Shown here piece after piece: positions 60,590-64,000 of a stretch of DNA of 64,000 nucleotides (position 1 is its first letter; each line of letters begins with the position of its first letter). This DNA is from Aplysia californica (lineage: Eukaryota). The notes beneath the pieces were generated by a model, which was not told the DNA's origin, searched no databases, and saw nothing but the letters and a program-made list of their open reading frames with translations. Location: positions 598,970-662,969 of the forward strand of contig NW_004797695.1 of NCBI RefSeq assembly GCF_000002075.1, in the 5' to 3' direction. A program made the translations under genes and the position numbers.

Positions 60590-62803
60590 AGAAAGTGGCT
60601 ATTCTCACCCGCCCGGAAGTTCTCGCAAGATCTACTCCTCCCCTCTTCTCTCTCTCTCTGTCTCTTTCTGAATACTGTCTATCGGTGTGGACGATCAAAT
60701 TGACCATAACAAAGTTAAAAAATGATGTTAAAACACAAAAGTAAATTAATTTGGTTGTCTACAAAGATGCTACGGCACGGCTATTTAACTTTTCGAATCG
60801 AGCCGAACTACGCGGGTCACCATTTTGTTTTGTTCTCTCTCTTTCTCTCTCTCACTCTCTCTCTCTCCACTGCCCACAGACAAAATTGTACGCTTTTAGT
60901 AGATCTAGGCTACAAGTACAGTTGTAATGGAACGTTTGTTCACAGCACAGAATTCTACAATTTTTCTGTTATAATCACAGTGTAGAATTCTGTGGTTTAG
61001 GGTGAACGCAAAATTTGTTGGCCTAGATCTGGGCTATAACGATGAACGTGCACCGGGTGAGAATAGCCAAAAGACTCGCCTGCACTATTCTCACCCCGGG
61101 TGAGAATAGAGGTGGCCCTTTTTAAAAGGAAGTGGCTCCGGGGTGAGAATAGAATACGATCGACCTCTCACCCCGGGTGAGACTTGCCACCGTAGGCCGT
61201 AGGCTATTCTCACCCGGTGTAAAACAAAACCTGTGTTTCCTAATTTCGGAATACTTTCTATCAATCAATGTGGATGATCAAATGGATAAAGGCAAAGAAA
61301 AGATTACGTTTTAGCACAAAAAAGTAAGCTAATTGTATCGACTACAAAGATGCTATGGCTATTTCACTTTTCGAATCGAGCCGAACTACGGGGGTCGCCA
61401 TTTTGTTTTGCCCGGAAGTTCTCGCAAGATCTACTCCTCCCCTCTTCTCTCTCTGTCTCTTTTTGAATAGGCTACTGTCTATCGGTGTGGACGATCAAAT
61501 TGACCAAATCAAAGTTAAAAAATGATGTTAAAACACAAAAGTAAAAGTAAATTAATTTGGTCGTATACAAAGATGCTACGGCTATTTAACTTTTCGAATC
61601 GAGCCGAACTACGCGGGTCGCCATTTTTGTCCGGAAGTTCTCGCGCTACTCCTCTCTCTCTCTCTTTCTCTCTCCACAGTAGTAATGGAACGTTTGTTCA
61701 CGGCACAGAATTCTACAATTTTTCTGTTATCACAGTGTAGAATTCTGTGGTTTAGGGTGAACGCAAAATTGATTGGCCTAGATATAGGCTACGGACCGTA
61801 TATAGGCTATAACGGTGAACGCCCATCGGGTGAGAATAGCCAAAAGACTCGCCTGCGCTATTCTCACCCCGGGTGAGAATAGAGGTGGCCTTTTAGCCTT
61901 TTAAAAAGTTAGATCTAGATTAGATATCTAGACCTAGGGTATAGATCTAGATCTAGATCTAATATATAGATCTAGATCTAGATATCTAGATCGAGTAGTG
62001 ATTAATTAGTGGTTTTACTTTTTTAGTCTAGGATCTAGATCTAGATATCTAGACTAGATCTAGAATCTAGATCTAGGTCACCTCTAAAGCAGGCGAGCCT
62101 TTTGGCTATTCTTACCCAGTGTGCCATCATCATGATAGTGAATAGGCCAACCAGTGTAGCGTTCACAGTAAACAAAAGTTCCAGCGCTCTTGTGTTGAAA
62201 GCGTGCAATTTTGTCTAAGCAGTGAGAGAGAATGGGAGAAAGAGAGAGAGAGACACATGGTCATAGAGAGAGAGAGGAGTAGCATGAGAACTTCCGGGTG
62301 AAACAAAATGACGACCTGCGTAGTTCGGCTCGATTCGAAAAGTGAAATAACAGTAGTAGCATCTTTGTAGACGACCAAATTAATTAATTTACTATTTGTG
62401 TTTTTACATCAATTTTTATCTTTGTTTTTGTCAATTTGATCGTCCACACCGATAGACAGTATTCAGAAAGAAAGAAGAAAGAGAGAAGGAGTAGATCTTG
62501 CGAGAACTTCCGGGCAAAACAATATGGCGACCCGCATAGTTCGGCTCGATTCGAAAAGTGAAATAGCCGTAGAGCATCTTGGTAGACGACCAAATTAGCG
62601 TACTTTAATGTGCTATTATAAATAATGTAATTTTTTCTGTATTTTGTCTATTTGATCATCCACACGGATAGACAGTATTGCGAAGTTAGAAAAAACAAAT
62701 CTTATTTCACACAAGGTGAGAATAGCTAACGCTGGCAAGTCCCACCCGGGGTGAGAGGTCGATCATATTTTTATTCCCACCCGGGGTGAGGATAGCCACT
62801 TCC
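60590..62803. mobile_element. Cluster of Kolobok-like elements: two tandem plus copies (60590-61120, 61127-61893) and one inverted copy (62075-62803)
   Basis: Ends (A)GGAAGTGGCT.. and ..GAGAATAGAGGTGGCC with TTAA at the B/C junction. Shared internal unit CTTTTCGAATCGAGCCGAACTA. Confidence 0.7.
61910..62078. repeat. (TAGATC)n palindromic microsatellite between inverted Kolobok-like copies
   Basis: Seen directly in the sequence. Confidence 0.85.
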
Positions 62804-63489
62804 TTAGTCTCGATCTAGTTGGAAGGAAGAGACATGCGGCTAAACATAGAACGACGCCCCTGTCTGATTGGAGGCTTATTTTAGTAATGTGATGTCATCT
62901 GTGAGATACCCACAGACTATTTTTAGAAGGCCTCGGAGATACCAAAGATCGTGTAGTAGAGATACTGAATGGAACGACATGTTGGGTCAGTGGCTTGATG
63001 TATTTTATCTGTATCAATGTGTTTCGCACAGTATAATTTCACACTTACGGCTAACAACAGCCCGTCAGCCATGCTCTACTGATTGGTTATAAGGTTTCTG
63101 GTGTAATGTTAATATAATAACATTTCGGAATTCCGGTAGAATCTAGTGATTCTTGAATTTGAAACACAGTTAACGCAAAGACAATAAAACGTGCGAAAAT
63201 TGCCGTAAAAACGCTGGAAGATTACCCCCTCCCCCAGGAGCGATAAACGATGCGCAGAAGAGAAGCAGCAGCATCATCGGAGCACCACATCATATCACAT
63301 TACTGGTATTCCTGTAAAAATATCGCACTCAGTGTCGTGCCATCAAAGATTTTTTACACACGATCTTTGGTGCCATGCAGTCGGCTATATAAATTTAGAT
63401 GTAGTCACGTGATTGGAGGTGTATCCCTGTTTGACATCACACAAGATGGCCGCGTCGTTTTACGTATAGTCGCATGTAAGGAAGTGAGA

Positions 63490-64000
63490 GTTCTCTTCAA
63501 GTAGTAAGAGAGGAAGAAATATAGGCTGCACATACTAGGAGTCAGCGAAATACACTGGATACAGTCTGGACAGAAGCAGCTCAGCTCGGGGGAACAAGTA
63601 TTGTATTCTGGGAGGCTCAGGAAGTCAGTCAGCTGCATAACAAAGAAAGTTTTGGATTGGAACCCACAGGGTAAGAGATCAAGGGGAAGACCGCGTGAAA
63701 CCTGGAGAAGAATCACAGAAATCGATGTACAGAAAAGTCAGACACTTGTTTAAGAAAACCTGGATCCTCTTTATGCACGCCTGGGACGCATTCCACATCT
63801 CACATCCATACAACAAGACTGACTTTACATTTGAGTTGAAAATTCTAAGCTTTGTTCGGATATCCCTGGTCCTCCAAATCCTTTTCAAATATATAAAAGC
63901 TGTCTGTGCCTTTCCAATGCGGGACTTTATTTCAGCCCCTCTTCCTCCCTCTCTGTCAATTGTACTCCCAAGATAGCAGAAGGATTCTAAGTCTTCTAGT
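63490..64000. mobile_element. Rearranged RTE LINE: plus-strand endonuclease start fused to the ORF 3' end, then an inverted RT-region piece
   Basis: Plus strand ILGVSEIHWIQSGQKQLSSGEQVLYSG joined to LRKS...LDWNPQGKRSRGRPRETWRR. Minus strand IKSRIGKAQTAF...TKLRIFNSNVKSVLLYGCEMW. Confidence 0.8.

Noticed and set aside
54290-61740. Repeated MMLKHKSK... ORFs as a small gene family
   Set aside because: They lie inside Kolobok-like repeat copies and diverge by frameshifts and microsatellite slippage.

Overview
AT-rich, intron- and repeat-rich animal genomic DNA with assembly N-gaps. It is probably a heterobranch gastropod such as Aplysia, inferred from the abundant (TAGATC)n tracts and the SINE/LINE repertoire; this is not proven. 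Three spliced protein-coding genes can be rebuilt exon by exon with consistent GT-AG phases. (1) An OTUD7A/B (Cezanne)-family deubiquitinase on the minus strand, ATG at 11398, running off the left edge of the window. (2) IER3IP1/Yos1 on the plus strand (19575-31303, 81 aa), head-to-head with it. (3) A perilipin-family lipid-droplet protein on the minus strand (51134-36348, 479 aa), tail-to-tail with IER3IP1. The rest is mostly mobile DNA: a decayed pogo/Tigger DDE transposon, two decayed Tc1 elements, pogo-type and hAT MITEs, two related Mutator/foldback-like elements, a Kolobok-like cluster, RTE/L2/I-group LINE fragments and tRNA-derived SINEs. I see no CRISPR array, rRNA gene or clearly new multi-gene system. 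The most interesting signals are the OTUD7 domain architecture, a young LINE with a perfect 12-bp TSD inside an exon-like block upstream of OTUD7, a bipartite RTE element, the 36-bp-periodic foldback family and the acidic perilipin tail.
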